Shown: positions 1 through 13,335 of the stretch, piece after piece | How positions within the stretch are numbered: position 1 is the first letter of the stretch | How the letters are laid out: every line of letters begins with the position of its first letter | Source: Octopus sinensis | Lineage: Eukaryota | NCBI RefSeq assembly: GCF_006345805.1 | Contig: NC_043000.1 | Location: 100,440,001 to 100,504,000, forward strand | Length of the DNA stretch: 64,000 nt | Reading direction: 5' to 3' | The notes under the pieces: model-generated | The model's database searches: none | The model's input: only the letters and a program-made list of their open reading frames with translations | Told to the model about the DNA's origin: nothing | Position numbers and translations under genes: made by a program

Positions 1-428
1 GCGTACAAACACATACACACCGACAGATATACATACACAATATACACCTATCCGCGCACGCACACATACACAGAAACACATACAAACGCACACATACACG
101 CACATACATACACTCTCACACAAATGAACCCACATATACATCCCCCTACACACACACACGCACGTAAAAGCACACACGTACTAGGTTACGCCACACAACC
201 ACACTCTACGCATACACACACGAACACACACATGTACACACACTACAAACAACACACACACTATGATGTTTTTTGACCTGGCTTTGACCTAGCTTGTCAC
301 AAACAGCTAGCAGTCATCACCACAGCTGGCTTTGTCATTACCTCTATTCACCAAAAATACACACACACACACACACGCACGCACAAACACACTTGTCATC
401 TTGCACACACACACACACACACACACAC
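1..428. repeat. CA-rich low-complexity tract and (CA)n microsatellites
   Basis: Degenerate acac/atac repeats at 1-260 and purer (CA)n runs at about 358-428. Confidence 0.9.
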
Positions 429-478
429 AGGCATTCCCTTTTTTTGGAACTCTCTTGCATTATAAAACCATTTTTCAA

Positions 479-726
479 CTAACTCCAAATTCTGTTCTTT
501 TCAACATGTGATCTCTTAAGCACCACCAGCTCAAATATTGTCTCCTCTGTCTTCCCTCCTTGGGATCTTTCCTTCTCCTTGTTTCCGACGAAGAGCTCCG
601 CTCGAAACGTTAAACCCTCCTTCCCTTCTTTCCTGAGCGTCAATAATACTTTAATTGTTCCACGTCCAGCGTTGCTGTGTTTTTTTCTCTTTTTTCTCTC
701 TTTTTTTCTGTGTTTTCTTGTTGGAT

Positions 727-730
<4 letters not shown>
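479..730 (+). mobile_element. Putative Penelope-like element terminal repeat remnant (solo end)
   Basis: Pyrimidine-rich segment with a GACGAAGAGC..GCTCGAAACGTT motif, related to segments at 50800-50985 (-) and 57400-57650 (+); ends in a (TA)n tract. PLE assignment is inferred from the hammerhead-like motif; no coding sequence is present. Confidence 0.5.
581..615 (+). ncRNA. Minimal type-I hammerhead-ribozyme-like motif (U4C core variant)
   Basis: GTTT|CCGACGA|A|GAGC-TCC-GCTC|GAAACGTT|AAAC: stem I GTTT/AAAC, core CCGACGA (canonical CUGANGA), stem II GAGC/GCTC, GAAA, palindromic ACGT as minimal stem III, putative GUU cleavage triplet at 609-611. Confidence 0.6.
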
Positions 731-774
<44 letters not shown>

Positions 775-788
775 TATGTATATATATA

Positions 789-1977
789 GTGCGTAAGATA
801 TTTGAGAACATACCTTTTTTGCTAACTCTGTATAATCATTGTTGCAGAAAATAATAACAGCAGACCCTCAGCTTACTCAAAAAATGAAGATGCATGCTGT
901 TATTGTGGTTATAAAGGCTGAGTATAGCGACTTAGAAATATCTCAATTTTTAAAAGTTGCTAGATCTTTCGTCTACAAAGTTTGTAAGGAGCTAGAGACT
1001 AAAGATGGAAACGTATCACCAGTATCAAAGCATAAAAAGCATTCTAAACGCTCTGAAATCATCAGAACACCTGAATTTATCCAGCAAGTTCAACACACCA
1101 TTGGTTACAATCCTAGAAAGTCCATGAGGTCAATTGCAAAAGATCTCCATGTGTCAGAAGAATGAATCAGAAATGTTATCCACGAAGACATCAGATATAA
1201 GTCTTATATGATGTCAGAAAAAGTAAAAGAAAATCACTACATCAGATCTAAAGGGCTCTTAAACAAACTGACAAATTCAGCAGAAGATTTGATATGGTTT
1301 TTCTCAAACGAGAGAAACTCCGACTATGTTCAAAACGTTAACAGAAGAAATGACTGATGGTTATGTGCTGGCCCTTCTGAAGTTACAAGTGTTATGCATA
1401 CAACATTTCCTGCAACTGTCGTAGATTTAGTACATGTGATCCCTCCTTCTTTCCACAAGGCCTTAGAGTTAACTCTGTTGCCTACATTGAGGTCCTGGAA
1501 ATAATTGTTAAGCTCTGGACAGACAGTGTATGCAATGGATGACCACATGTGTTTCAGCATGACTCTGCACTATCACACATGGCTCTAGTAACACAGGAAT
1601 GGATGGCTGAAAATGTTCATGATCACATAACTCTTAACATTTGGCCTTCTAATTCTCCAGATCTCAATCTATTGGACTATTACATGTGGAGCGTTGTTGA
1701 GGTCAATGAACACGCCCATAACACCAATGATTCTTTGGAAGCTGCCATAGTCAGAGTAATGTCCAAAATGAACCAGGACCACTTGATTCAAGCGTGTAGA
1801 TGATTTAGATCTCTTATAGAAGCAGTTGTTGAAGCTGAAAGTGGCTTTATTGAATAACACTATAGATAAGGTTTATTTTTTTCCTCATAGCATATTTTGA
1901 TAAATAAATTTATTATCTGTTGTTATATATCAGCATTTTTATAAAGATAAATCTGTCCTCAAATATCCTATGCACCC
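789..1977 (+). mobile_element. Decayed Tc1/mariner DD37D (maT/Bmmar1-like) transposon
   Basis: Imperfect TIRs: GTGCGTAAGATATTTGAGAACA (789-810) vs reverse complement of 1954-1975 GTGCATAGGATATTTGAGGACA. Interrupted transposase: ORF 839-1165 (HTH region), FFSNERN..NRRND*WLC, FQHDSA, WPSNSPDLNLLDYYMW; multiple stops and frameshifts. Confidence 0.85.
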
Positions 1978-2889
1978 ACAAACTGTATGCATATATATAC
2001 ATACATACATATATGTATATATATATAGATATATATATATATACTAAAAAGGTATGGAAGGATAGCAGTTCAATACGTGCTGCGTGTGTTTCAGTAGTAT
2101 GGCATGATATTCATAAATCTTGCATTACGTCATTAAAATCACCCTTCACGATATCAAGCATCTGATTGCTAAGTTGACAAAAACTGACTGGATTCAACTT
2201 TTATTATATTTATTTCTTGTATACCATACATGACTTAGGTTACTACTGACTTTGGAAATGTGGAGCATCTGTTTTCTTTAAATAATCATTTTTAATTCTA
2301 TAATGGTATGGCAAAATTTCAATATCATTAATTGATAAATTAATTAATTTATCAGTTTTTTCTTTCTTAGTATAATCCGTTAGTCAATCACACATATGAA
2401 GCTACCAAGCTAATAACCACGATCGACGTGATTGAAACCAATTGATATGTATGTATATAGTTATACATATCAATTGCGTGTGTATATTTGTGTGTGTGTG
2501 TGTGTGTATAATTGTGTGTATATTTGTGCGTGTGTACATACTGTACAAAATTAAACATAGCGTGTGATATCAGTAAACATTCAATTTAAGTTAACTGTGA
2601 AATCAAAAGCTATCCTCTGTGCGGACAGAGAAATAGATCGATTTTACTAGTTTCAATATTTATTTATGATTTACCAGAGATGGTTTTCTCAAAGAGAATA
2701 TAGATATTTGTATAAAGCTGTTTACATTATATGGGAGGTCGTACAGGATGTAATTGTCCTGCCTAATTTGCATAATAGTACATGTGTTAACAAAACATTT
2801 ATGTGATCGGTATAATATCAGAGGTCTTCTGGCAAGCCAGAATGATAGGTGACAACCATTTGAGAAGTTCTGGCTTACCCACCATGTTC

Positions 2890-2959
2890 TATGTATGTAT
2901 GTATGTATGTATGTATGTATGTATGTATGTATGTATGTATGTATGTATGTATGTATGTA
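2890..2959. repeat. (TATG)n microsatellite
   Basis: Perfect tetranucleotide run. Confidence 0.95.
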
Positions 2960-3125
2960 CATACGTCTCTTCTGTATTTAATCATTTAAATTCTTCCTTC
3001 GAAGTAGGCGCTGGTTTCTAACAAAGATTCAAAACTCCATCTTTGGAATGTAAATAACGGAAACAATGTCACACTTTAAACCTTCGAAAAGTCTTGCATA
3101 GTTTTACTGTTCCGCGTACAGATTG

Positions 3126-3526
3126 TTTCTCTTTACTAGTTTCAGTCATTTGACTGTGGCCATGCTGGAGCACCACCTTTAGTCGAGCACATCGACCCCA
3201 GGACTAATTCTTGTTAGCTTAGTACTTATTCTATCGGTCTGTTTGCCGAACCGCTTAGTTACGGGGACGTAAACACACCACCATCGGTTGTCAAGCGATG
3301 TTGGGAGGACAAACACAGACACACAAACATATACACACGCATACATATATATAAATACATACTACGGGCTTCTTTCAGTTTCCGCCTACCAAATCCACTC
3401 AGAAGGCTTTGGTAGGCCCGAGGCTTTAGTAGAAGACACTTGCTCAAGGTGCCACGCAGTTGGACTGAACCCGGAACCATGTAATTCGTAAGCAAGTTAC
3501 TTACTACACAGCCACTCCTGCGCCTA
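3126..3526 (-). mobile_element. tRNA-headed SINE family A, near full length
   Basis: Minus strand starts ATAGGCGCAGGAGTGGCTGTGTAGTAAG (A-box-like) ... GGGTTCAGTCC (B-box-like), has a central CA/TA microsatellite and an AAGAG-type tail; closely similar to copies at 61273-62126 and 63843-63995. Confidence 0.85.
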
Positions 3527-3554
3527 TTTGTAAATTGTAAATTGTATTTGTAAA

Positions 3555-5998
3555 TTGCGAATCAGTTGGTTGATTTCTTTATCTGAAAATCTGGTACATA
3601 TTCACCATGAAGAGTGGCTTAAGTTTTCTCATAGCACTAGTGCATCTGGCATTGAAGTGTATAATTTTGCACTTTCTCAATCGCTCACACAACTGGTTGA
3701 CTTTCCTACTTGCATTTCTGATCGAGGTGACCAATTTTCCTCCCTCCTTGAACTCTGTTTGGCATCAAATCTTGATATCTCTAAGATTTGTCATGATTCT
3801 CCACTCGGGGAATCTGATCATGTTGTTGTTTCAGTTGACGTTTCACTGAGTTTTTCGGTTGCCAAGGAGTCCCCAATTCATCGTACTCTATTCAGCTATG
3901 ATCGTGGACTGATATTTTTGCTAAACATGCTGAGGCCTGTGGTGGGGAAGTTACTACTTTGATTTCTGCTGGAATTAACACTTTCATATAATCTCGCATC
4001 TCGCACCTGAAACCGCATTCCTCACCCTGGTTTTCTTCTGTTTATGCTGCTGCTATCGCCCATCGTAATCATTTATTTTCCACCAATCAGCGAGATAATT
4101 CTGCAGTGAATAAACAGCCTTTCACCAATGATCGCAATCACTGTAGGGCTGTCATTCGTGATGCTAAATAAGACTATGAACAGCACATTCATGACCGTAT
4201 ATCATCCCAGAAATTATTAAAAGTGTTAGAGGTAACAATAAATCTTCTATTCCCCCTTTATTCAACGGACCTGAGGTCTTGACAACATCTAATGATAAAT
4301 CAGAGCTCTTTGCTCAACTGTTTAGTTCTCACTTTATTCTCGATGACTCGGGTCATCCACTTCCTGATGTTTTTCTCAAAACTGATAAACCGTTACACAT
4401 TTGTCATATTACTTCTGATAAGGTTGCGGCTATTGTGGCACGTTTGGAGCCATGTAAAGCAACTGGACCTCATGGTATTCCAGTCGTTGTTCTTCAGAAA
4501 TGCTCTCCTGAGTTGTCTTCTTTCTTACCTAGGCTCTTTCGAAAGTGTTTCTCAGAATCTTGCTTTCCTTCTGTATGGAAATTCCCAACTGTTGTTCCTG
4601 TCTTTAAGAACTGTTGTGATCGAGCTAATCCCTGTAATTATAGACCAATTAGTCTACTACCAATCATCAGTAAAGCTTTTGAGATCTTGGTTAATGACTC
4701 TCTTGTAAAATATCTTGACTCAAATCGTTTATTCTCCGACTGTCAATATGGTTTCCGTACTGGACGGTCTTCTATTGATCTTCTCACTTTTATATCCGAG
4801 CGTGTTTATTGGTGCCTTGAATGTATCTGGTCAAGCTAGGGCAGTTGCTCTTGACATCTCTAAAGCATTTGATAGGGTTCGGCATACTGAATTACTATGG
4901 AAGCTCCAACTCTTTGGTGTACCATGCTTCATGCTAAACGTCAGCTCCTCTTTCCTTTATGACCGTAGGAGCAAGATTGTTCTTGATGGTCAATCTTCAT
5001 CTAGTTATTCTATTAATGCTGGGCTTCCTCAAGGATATGTGCTGGGCCCAACTCTCTTTCTTCTTTTTATCAATGATCTACTTGATCATATCATCTGTCA
5101 GCTAGTAATATGTGCTGATGACTCTACTTTGTACTCTTGTTTGGACAAATCTGATGACTTGTCTGATAAGGTTGAGACCACTGCTAACCTTCAGAATTAT
5201 CTTCGATATGTTGTTGAGTGGGGTAGGAGATGGCTTGTAACTTTCAATCCATCGAAAACTAAATTTCTTTCACTTAATCGCATCAGAATCCTTTCTTGCC
5301 ATCGGTTTCCATAGATGGTATTGACTTACCTGAGAGTCATATTCTTCGCCTCCTAGGAGTGACTTTCTGTAATGATGTTTCTTGGAAGACTTACATTGAA
5401 TCTATTGCCAAATCGGCTGCAATGAAGGTAAGACTCACTCTTTTGTTCGAAGAGTTATCTCACTCCTTAGACTATGCTTTATCTTTATAAGTTCACCATT
5501 CAACCATGCATTGAGTACTATTGTCACATATGAACATGTACTCCTGCGGGTTGCTTAACTCTGTTGGATCGCATTCAACACCGTATTTGTAATGTTATTG
5601 GTCCTGATTCATCTTCTAAATTGGATTCACTCTCTCATCGTTGTCATGTGACTTCCCTGTTTCTTTTTTGTATAAGTATTTTCATGGACATTGTTCAGCT
5701 GAGCTCTCTTCTCTGGTTCCTCCTTTAAGAACTTATCAGCGATCAACTAGTCTTGCATCCACTTTTCATCAGTATACTATGCAACCTCCTAAGTGTCGTA
5801 AATCACTTTACAGTACCAGTTTCTTTCCTCGCAGCTCTGAACTATGGAATTCCCTTCCAAAATCTTCAATATGAACTCCAGTCTTTTAATTCTATGTACA
5901 GCGTCACCTATTGACTTCTGTCTAGCGTCCATTTTATTCTAGTAGCTATTACGTTTTCAGTGGTCTAAGGACTTTGTAACGAGCAAATGCTTAAAAAA
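3555..5998 (+). mobile_element. 5'-truncated, decayed CR1-group (CR1/L2/Crack-like) LINE: APE C-terminus plus reverse transcriptase
   Basis: ORF track shows PLGESDHVVV (APE SDH motif), TGPHGIP, NYRPISLLPIISKAFE, QYGFR, ALDISKAFDRV, GLPQGYVLGPTLF, ICADDS (decayed YADD), WLVTFNPSKTK; several frameshifts and stops. Exact clade cannot be resolved by eye. Confidence 0.85.
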
Positions 5999-6018
5999 CA
6001 TACGTGCATACGTAATAA

Positions 6019-6578
6019 TCAAGCGGGGTTGCAGTCTAGGGAGTTAGGTGGCCAGATGTCTGGGGTGATGTGATCGCAGAAATTGTCTGACAGCCATGAC
6101 TGGGTTCTCCTGCTTGTGTGGCACGATGCAGAGTCCTGTTGCCAGACATTGAGTCTTCTAGCAGCCACTCTCTTGACCCAGATCAGAACTATCTCCTCGA
6201 AGCATTTAATGCAGGCCTCCGTATTGAGTCTGAGATCATGTGGGAAGATGAATGGAGGAATAACGTCACCATCACTAGTGATCACTCCAAACACCATGAT
6301 TGTTAACTGGATGTTTGATTTCCATCACTCTCAGTGCATGTTGTGGGGACACGGCAAGCCAACAGTTGTTCTGTTCACCATTTGTTCGTACTGGAGGTTC
6401 CGGTGCGAATGCAAGCAGTACAGCATGTCGTTTCCAAATTTCTTGCAGAGTGAATTGCGTCATACTGCTGTTTTTCTCACAGACTACCATACTGTGTAGT
6501 CGGCAAAATCAAAATGAAATATTGCGCACGCGCGAAGTTAAAAATATAGAATGGCGATAATCTACCCATCGCATCCTG
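6019..6578 (-). mobile_element. Internally deleted DD37D (maT-like) transposon fragment
   Basis: ORF 6019-6297: VFGVITSDGDVIPPFIF..WQQDSASCH..WPPNSLDCNP. Left end reads TA|CAGGATGCGATGGGTAGATT on the minus strand from 6580. Confidence 0.8.
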
Positions 6579-6660
6579 TATACAAACACACACGTACATA
6601 AACACATTCGCACGCACACACACGCACGCACACACACGCACGCACACACACGCACACTCA

Positions 6661-6692
<32 letters not shown>

Positions 6693-9000
6693 TATATCAG
6701 AACACAAGTGTTCCTTCATTCGTCAGCCTACGAAGCGAGCTTATAGCAATTTACTGTTCAACTCAATTACGACTTAGAGTTAAGTTGTAATGGCTAGACT
6801 AATTTTCAAATCTTGCGTTCGTCTGCTGCGTGATTAAATAGTTAATAAATATTTATGCACTAGACAGCATGTATTAGAAAATTAGAAAACCAAAAGCAAA
6901 TTACAAGTTGTTTAAGTATAGTTTTTAGGCACCTAGTTATGAATTTTAAAATATCTCTTATTGGTCTTTTAACCGAAGATGTATTGAAAAAGTTGTTCAC
7001 TAGATACCAATATCAGGTCGAATTTAAGAATTACTGAAGAAATTCTACCTAAATGTACATCGCAACGAAATTTGACAACCACATTTAAAAAAAATCGCAG
7101 GAAAATATCTTCAACAAGTAAGAAATTTAGTTACACTAAAAATTTAATTTAATCGCTGACGCCATTCGATACAAGATGTAACATTTGTTACTATATTTCA
7201 GTTGAAATACTCTGTTTTAGATTCAATCAATTTTGAATGTAATGAAGAATGTAGTAAACTATTTTAGTAAAATAATTTTACTAAAATTAAGCTGGTGTTT
7301 GAAATATAAATTTACATGCCATTTTGATGGAATGTTTTCGTTAAAATTTCTTTTAAACAGGAAATTTTATCATAAAATCACTAGCAGTTTCAGACGGTTT
7401 GGTATCAAAAGAGTTAAAGAGAAATTATTCCGAGATGAAATCCTAATACAAACGGCGTTCTACCTTCGCACATACATTGTATACACATAGAATAAAGAAT
7501 AAATATTTGTACAAAAATGAAATGACTTTTGACTAGCATTTAGTGAACATTCGATGTTATGTATTAAGATGGATAAAATTTATATGAAACGAGCAACAGT
7601 CATGTCCATTTTGCATGATGAGTAGTTCTGTGAAAAGACAGTAAATATTGCAGATTTATTCTGTTCTATAAACAAGAAATCCTATTCGATAACATACAAC
7701 AATGATAAAATATCGTATGAAGAAAATATCTTGCGTTTTGCGGAAATGTTTCGCGCATGTAAGTATTAAAATATGTCATAACACAATTGTTTATAGAAAT
7801 TATTGGAAATTAATGCCATCACCTGTTTTATGCATGCGTATGCAAAGTTATATAATAATTATATTCAGAAAAATATAACGTCCAAAGCTTCAATGATTCT
7901 TGCGGCAGTTGACTGTAACTACTTTTGTTGAAATTTCCTTGCCTGTTTACATGTGAAAATCAGTTCCAGTGGAATTGGAGTTTTGTGTGGAAGAAGCGAT
8001 AACATATTTATATTTTAGGAGTTGAAACCTTTGAAGTGTTTAGAATAGAAAGGTTCCTACAACGTCTGAACATATTTTGGCAGTAACTAGTACCGAGAAT
8101 AGTTTGTATCCAATCAAAATGCATTTAAGTTGCTTGGGGAAATATTTAATATTACTAGATTGCAGTAACCAAGTTTTTTTTTTTTAGTACATATGGTTGC
8201 ACAAAACCAATTTTTATGCGAGCGACTATCTCACACTTTCAAATAAATATTATTTAGATATATATATATATAAGGAAAGAGAGAAAGAGAGATTGGGTGT
8301 GGAGACACAGTGTTTGTGTGTTCGCGTATGTAGTAAAACATTATGCAAGGATTGCTAGAATAGATTGTGTTACAGTCTCTTCGGACTAAAGAAAATAAAA
8401 GGAATTGGTTTGGCTTCACGTGATTCATGGCTTGTTACCACTCATCAGAAAAAATATCTCCCCTTCTTTCTGTTATTTGAATCAACAACAAATTAAAATT
8501 TAACTATAATAAGCTAAATTAATTTACATAGCATGCATTTTTCGGCGGTGTGATTAATGTATTTAAATATTCATATCCGTTTAAAGTTCTGACATGAAAG
8601 TCCCCAAAACTGTGGTTTAGCTATTTCAGGTTTTCTAATATTCACTCTGGTGTGCATTATCAACGATTTCTATTTGTTTATTGGTTACTTATATATATTT
8701 TATTTGTTTCAGTCAATAAACTGCGGCCATGCTGGAGTGCGGCCAAGAAGAGTCTCGTTGAAGAACTCAACATTAGTCTAGTACAGCTACCTGAGTTAAG
8801 TAACAAATTACTATATATACTCTACGTAGGTAGAGAAGTGCGAATTATTTGCCTCCAGAGGACTGCTCAGCAAACTGTGGAATCTGTCAGGGCAATCTCC
8901 TTTTCTTTTTTATGCACAAAGAACGCAATAAGAAGTATTCAGTGTCGAACGAGTTAAAAACTAGTTTAACGGCTATAAACTTATTTTAGGTTGCGCACGA

Positions 9001-9041
<41 letters not shown>

Positions 9042-9916
9042 ATGCAAATATACAGACTTACGCGGACTCACACACACGTGTGTATGTGTGTGTGTGCGAG
9101 TCTATTTTGTTTAAAAACCGATGTTTTGTTTATGTTGTCTAAGTGTTGTAATCTTGCAGATTAATAAAAAAAAAGAGATCAATAAAATGAATAACAGACT
9201 GAAATAAACACTCGGGTCGATATATTCTAATAAAACTATTGGACGCAATTCTATGACTGACACCAGTAAATAATTAAAACCAAGAGAATAGAAAATGAAA
9301 GGGGAACATTTAAAATTTCCAGAGCGATTTCAATATTTGGTTAGAAACTATTTCCCTAATTGCTTGAAGATCATTTAAGAAATAATAATTGTAAACTCTT
9401 ACGTTTCATTAAACTCTAACTGCATTTATCATAATTAGATAATAATTTAGATAAAATCTTTAGAGTATTGATAATTAAATGATGACATTTTCAATGTATT
9501 TACACGTATTTCATTTATACATTCGCCCATTAATCAATGTTTATAATCATTTACTTGCAGACAGTACAGATATAGCCAATTGAGCATTTAGTTGGTGTTA
9601 ATCTGTCTATACTCGAGTTATTTTGTTCTGGTCTGGTCTGGTCTGGTCTGGTGTGGAATGTTTAGACAGCTGTGGAACCTTATTGGCTAGGTTAACATTC
9701 TATTCATGGATATTTGGACGTGTTGGCGTCTATGTAGGATATGTTTTTTCAAGAATAATTACTTGAGTAATAACAGACTAACTTGACAAATTAACATTTA
9801 TTAGTGTCGGATAAAATGTAAAAATAATCTCGGTTGGTTTTGAACTCAGAGAGAAGAGAGCCTGGACAAATATCTTGGGCTTCGTTTGGACTCGATAAAT
9901 AAGTACCAGTCGAAAA

Positions 9917-10148
9917 GGTGGCGAGCTGGCAGAAACGTTAGCACACTGGACGAAATGCTCAGCGGTATTTCGTCTGCCGCTACGTTCTAAGTTCAAATTC
10001 CGCCGAGGTCGACTCTGCCGTTCATCCTTTCGGGGTCGATTAAATAAGCACCAGTTATGCACTGGGGTCGATATAATCGACTTAATCCGTTTGTCTGTCC
10101 TTGTTCGTCCTCTCTGTGTTTAGCCCCTTGTGGGTAGTAAAGAAATAG
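9917..10148 (+). mobile_element. tRNA-headed SINE family B, full length
   Basis: GGTGGCGAGCTGGCAGAAACGTTAGCA ... AAGTTCAAATTCCGCCGAGG ... GTAGTAAAGAAATAG; near-identical to 48018-48246 and to the reverse complement of 55447-55674. Confidence 0.85.
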
Positions 10149-10224
10149 GTGAATTTTGTCTCACCGCGAAATTAAGCCTATGGATGCCTTTTTGGTTATC
10201 GGAGATGTTGACCGAGTCGATAGA

Positions 10225-10297
10225 TTTCACTGTTTTACAACACATCAGATTCGCTTACGAAAGTGAGCGAATCTGATGAGTTGTAAAGACAGTGAAA
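10225..10297 (+). other. Near-perfect 34-bp hairpin with GAAA tetraloop
   Basis: Arms 10225-10258 and 10263-10297 pair with one G.U, one A.A mismatch and one bulged G; loop GAAA at 10259-10262. Confidence 0.85.
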
Positions 10298-10501
10298 CCT
10301 TCCCAAGATACAGATTTAAAGTAGTAGAAGACTACTCAACAAAATGTAACTCAAGCTGATAAGCTAACAATAGTTAGAGTGCTAGAGTATAATGATTATG
10401 GTTTTAAGATTTTGGATCAAAGGCTACAACAATCAATACTTACAAGTGTGTTTTTTGTCATTGTGGCTGTTGTGCTGGCCACGACAGCTCCTATTACGAG
10501 T

Positions 10502-10734
10502 GCAGCAGCAGTAGGAATAGCAGCTGTAGCAGCAGCAGCAGCAGCAGCAGAAGTAGTAGTAGTAGCAGCAGCAGCAGCAGCAGTAGCAGTAGTAGTAGTA
10601 GTAGAATTAGTAGTAGTAGTAGTTATTGTTGCTGTTTAGCCAAAGTCTGCCCTAATTACGGGGGTATCAGCATCATCATAAGCACTAGCAGCAACTGTAG
10701 CAGCAGTAGTAGTAGTATTAGTAGTAGTAGCAGT

Positions 10735-10803
<69 letters not shown>

Positions 10804-10840
10804 TGTTGTTGTTGTTGTTGTTGTTGTTGTTATTGTTGTT
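10502..10840. repeat. Compound trinucleotide microsatellite (GCA)n/(GTA)n/(GTT)n, two blocks
   Basis: Direct reading; units change by single-base steps GCA>GTA>GTT. Confidence 0.9.
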
Positions 10841-12284
10841 TAGCACCGAATAATCATCAAAGACAGTCAAGCTGTGATCATTCTGTCCTTCTTTAATGTA
10901 CACTGTATCCCAGGTTCCTCTTTCCTAGCTACACAAGCCTCTACTCCCAATAAAATGGCAAGCTATTATCTGAGGTAGATTTTGCTGCTATTTCCAGCAT
11001 GATGAATGGTTCCTTCATGTCTCTCTTGTTGGCTTGGCCTCCGGTAAATGTTCTATAATTGTGCATTATATTTTTCTAGATGCACGCATGGATTAGTAGT
11101 TAAGAATTTCGTTTTAAACTCATGGTATTCCGAGTTCACCCACAGTGCTTGGTATCTTGAATAAAGTGTCTTTCGTAAATAGCCTCGTGTCAATCTAAGC
11201 TTTGAGGGTGAAATTAGATAAACAGAAGTAGAAATTGTGTGTACGAGTAGAGCTCCGCTGAGATTTTCATAGCCCAGTCTTCTTCCTCTTTAGTAGTAAA
11301 TTCCTATACTGAGTAGTATTACTAGCTATGAGCTACAGAACAAATGTAGGAGAAATAAGCATATATACGCGCCCTTCACCATTATGGCTAGAGTCCTGCG
11401 ATAGATGTTTCAAAACATATAGCTGCTCAACCAGAAAGATTTTTGCTTTGAAATGATTAGGTCCCAGATTTAGGCTTACTGCGTGGCATCGTAAGCAAGT
11501 GGCTTTTGCTAGAGCCTCGAGTTTCCCCAAGCCCTGTGAGTGAAAGGAATCAGAAAAAGAATGCTTGGAAGACAATTGGGTGGATTTTTCCTGTTATTAA
11601 AAGACCCAGATTTGTCTCATTCTGACACGCTGATTCCGCATGAGAATTATGTTAAATATACATACACCTGTGTAATGTTCAGCCATTTAAGCTCTAATTT
11701 AATTCATTAAGTAATTAAACAATGATATTATAGATAAGCAATGTCAATCCGAGGGTCAAAAGTTACTTGCCGAAGTTGCCCTGCGTGTATGATCGACCTT
11801 GGGATCTAATGATTGCGAAGCGAAAAACGTAGCCGTTCGGGCATACCTACAGGATATGACTTTATCCTACAGAAACATTAAGGAGACCTTCGAAAACCGA
11901 AATAGAGAAAAGCCCCGTGCCAACGGTAATCGACAAAAGTGACAATTGACTGAAAAACCTGAATGCCCAGCGTTGAAACAGACGAAGTTTCATGGGCACT
12001 CCGTTTTGAGAAGCGGGCTGCACCAGATGTGGCTCATCAGGCTAGCGGCACGACAAAAAATCAATTCAAAGTAATTTCAATAAACGTTAATATCCTCGTA
12101 AAATTAGATATGTCATTCAGGGAGTTCCACTGACCGTATTTTGCCCACAACTGATCTAGAATAAAAGATAGAACGACGAATTTAATTTATTGCTTTTGTT
12201 CTGCACCCTACAGCTTCAGTTATAGTGGACTTTACTATTCATTATATTCAATTTACACTACCTTCGAACAAACAGGCCGAAGAA

Positions 12285-12645
12285 TAAATGTGTGGTTGAG
12301 ACTTTCGCGTCTCAGCCACATGGCTTTGAGTTCTGTCCTACTGTTCGGCACCTTGAGCAAGTGTCTTCTACTATAACCCCGAGCCGACCACTGCTTTGAG
12401 TGATGCTTTTAGATAGAAACTGTGTGGAAGCCTATCGTATGTGTGTGTGTCTCACCCAATGTTTGATAACTGTTGTTGATTTGTTTACAGCTCCGTAACT
12501 TAGCGATTCGGCAAAAGAAATCAATGCAATAAGTACGAGATGTAAGAAAAGATAAAAATCAATCTTGGAGTTGAGTTCTTCAACGAGACTCTTCTAGGCC
12601 GCACTCCAGCATGGCCGCAGTCTATTGACTGAAACAAATAAAATA
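12285..12645 (+). mobile_element. SINE family A, diverged copy
   Basis: GGCACCTTGAGCAAGTGTCTTCTACTATA and CTCCAGCATGGCCGCAGTC..TGACTGAAACAA match family A. Confidence 0.75.
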
Positions 12646-12843
12646 TATATAAGTAATCAATAAAGAAATAGAAATTAGACAAGATCCCACAATTATTAAG
12701 TTTGTTTGTTTGATTAATTCAATAAGAATAGAAGCAAAAACACTCAGGATTCGAAACTGATTTCATGAGTAAAGATATTGTCTAATACAAAATATTAGCC
12801 TTAGTTTATAACGTAATGTGTTTTGCTTATACAGATGCGAGTG

Positions 12844-13291
12844 CATACATACATACATACATACTACATACATACATACATACATACATACATACATACA
12901 TACATACGTACGTACGTATATACATACAAAAATGCACACATTGAATAACTGAGAGTATATTACTTTATATGTATAAACATCCACATATACATACGTATAT
13001 ACATACATACACACATGCATACATACATACATAAGTATATATAACATTATCTATATCTATATGTATATATATATATGTGTGTGTGTGTATGTGTGTGTGT
13101 GTGTATACATAGATGTATATACACACGTATGTATAAATATGTATACGAATATGTATATGAATATATACACACATAATGTACATAAATATATATAGAAATA
13201 TATGTGTATATATATATATATATATGTGTGCGTGTGTGTGTGTGTGTGAGTGTGTGTATATATATATATATGTATATATATATAGAGAGAG

Positions 13292-13334
<43 letters not shown>

Positions 13335-13335
13335 A
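12844..13335. repeat. Compound microsatellite (CATA)n/(TA)n/(TG)n/(GAAA)n
   Basis: Direct reading. Confidence 0.9.

Noticed and set aside
3470-3526. tRNA-like A/B boxes as tRNA genes
   Set aside because: They continue into SINE bodies repeated across the window and do not form a cloverleaf; called as SINE heads.
6766-6791. 11-bp hairpin ATTACGACTTA-GAGT-TAAGTTGTAAT
   Set aside because: Short and AT-rich; expected by chance in this composition, with no associated element end.
10379-10903. Poly-Ala/Val and poly-Asn/Tyr/Cys ORFs
   Set aside because: Products of trinucleotide microsatellites; the same holds for 24351-24614 and 41830-42105.
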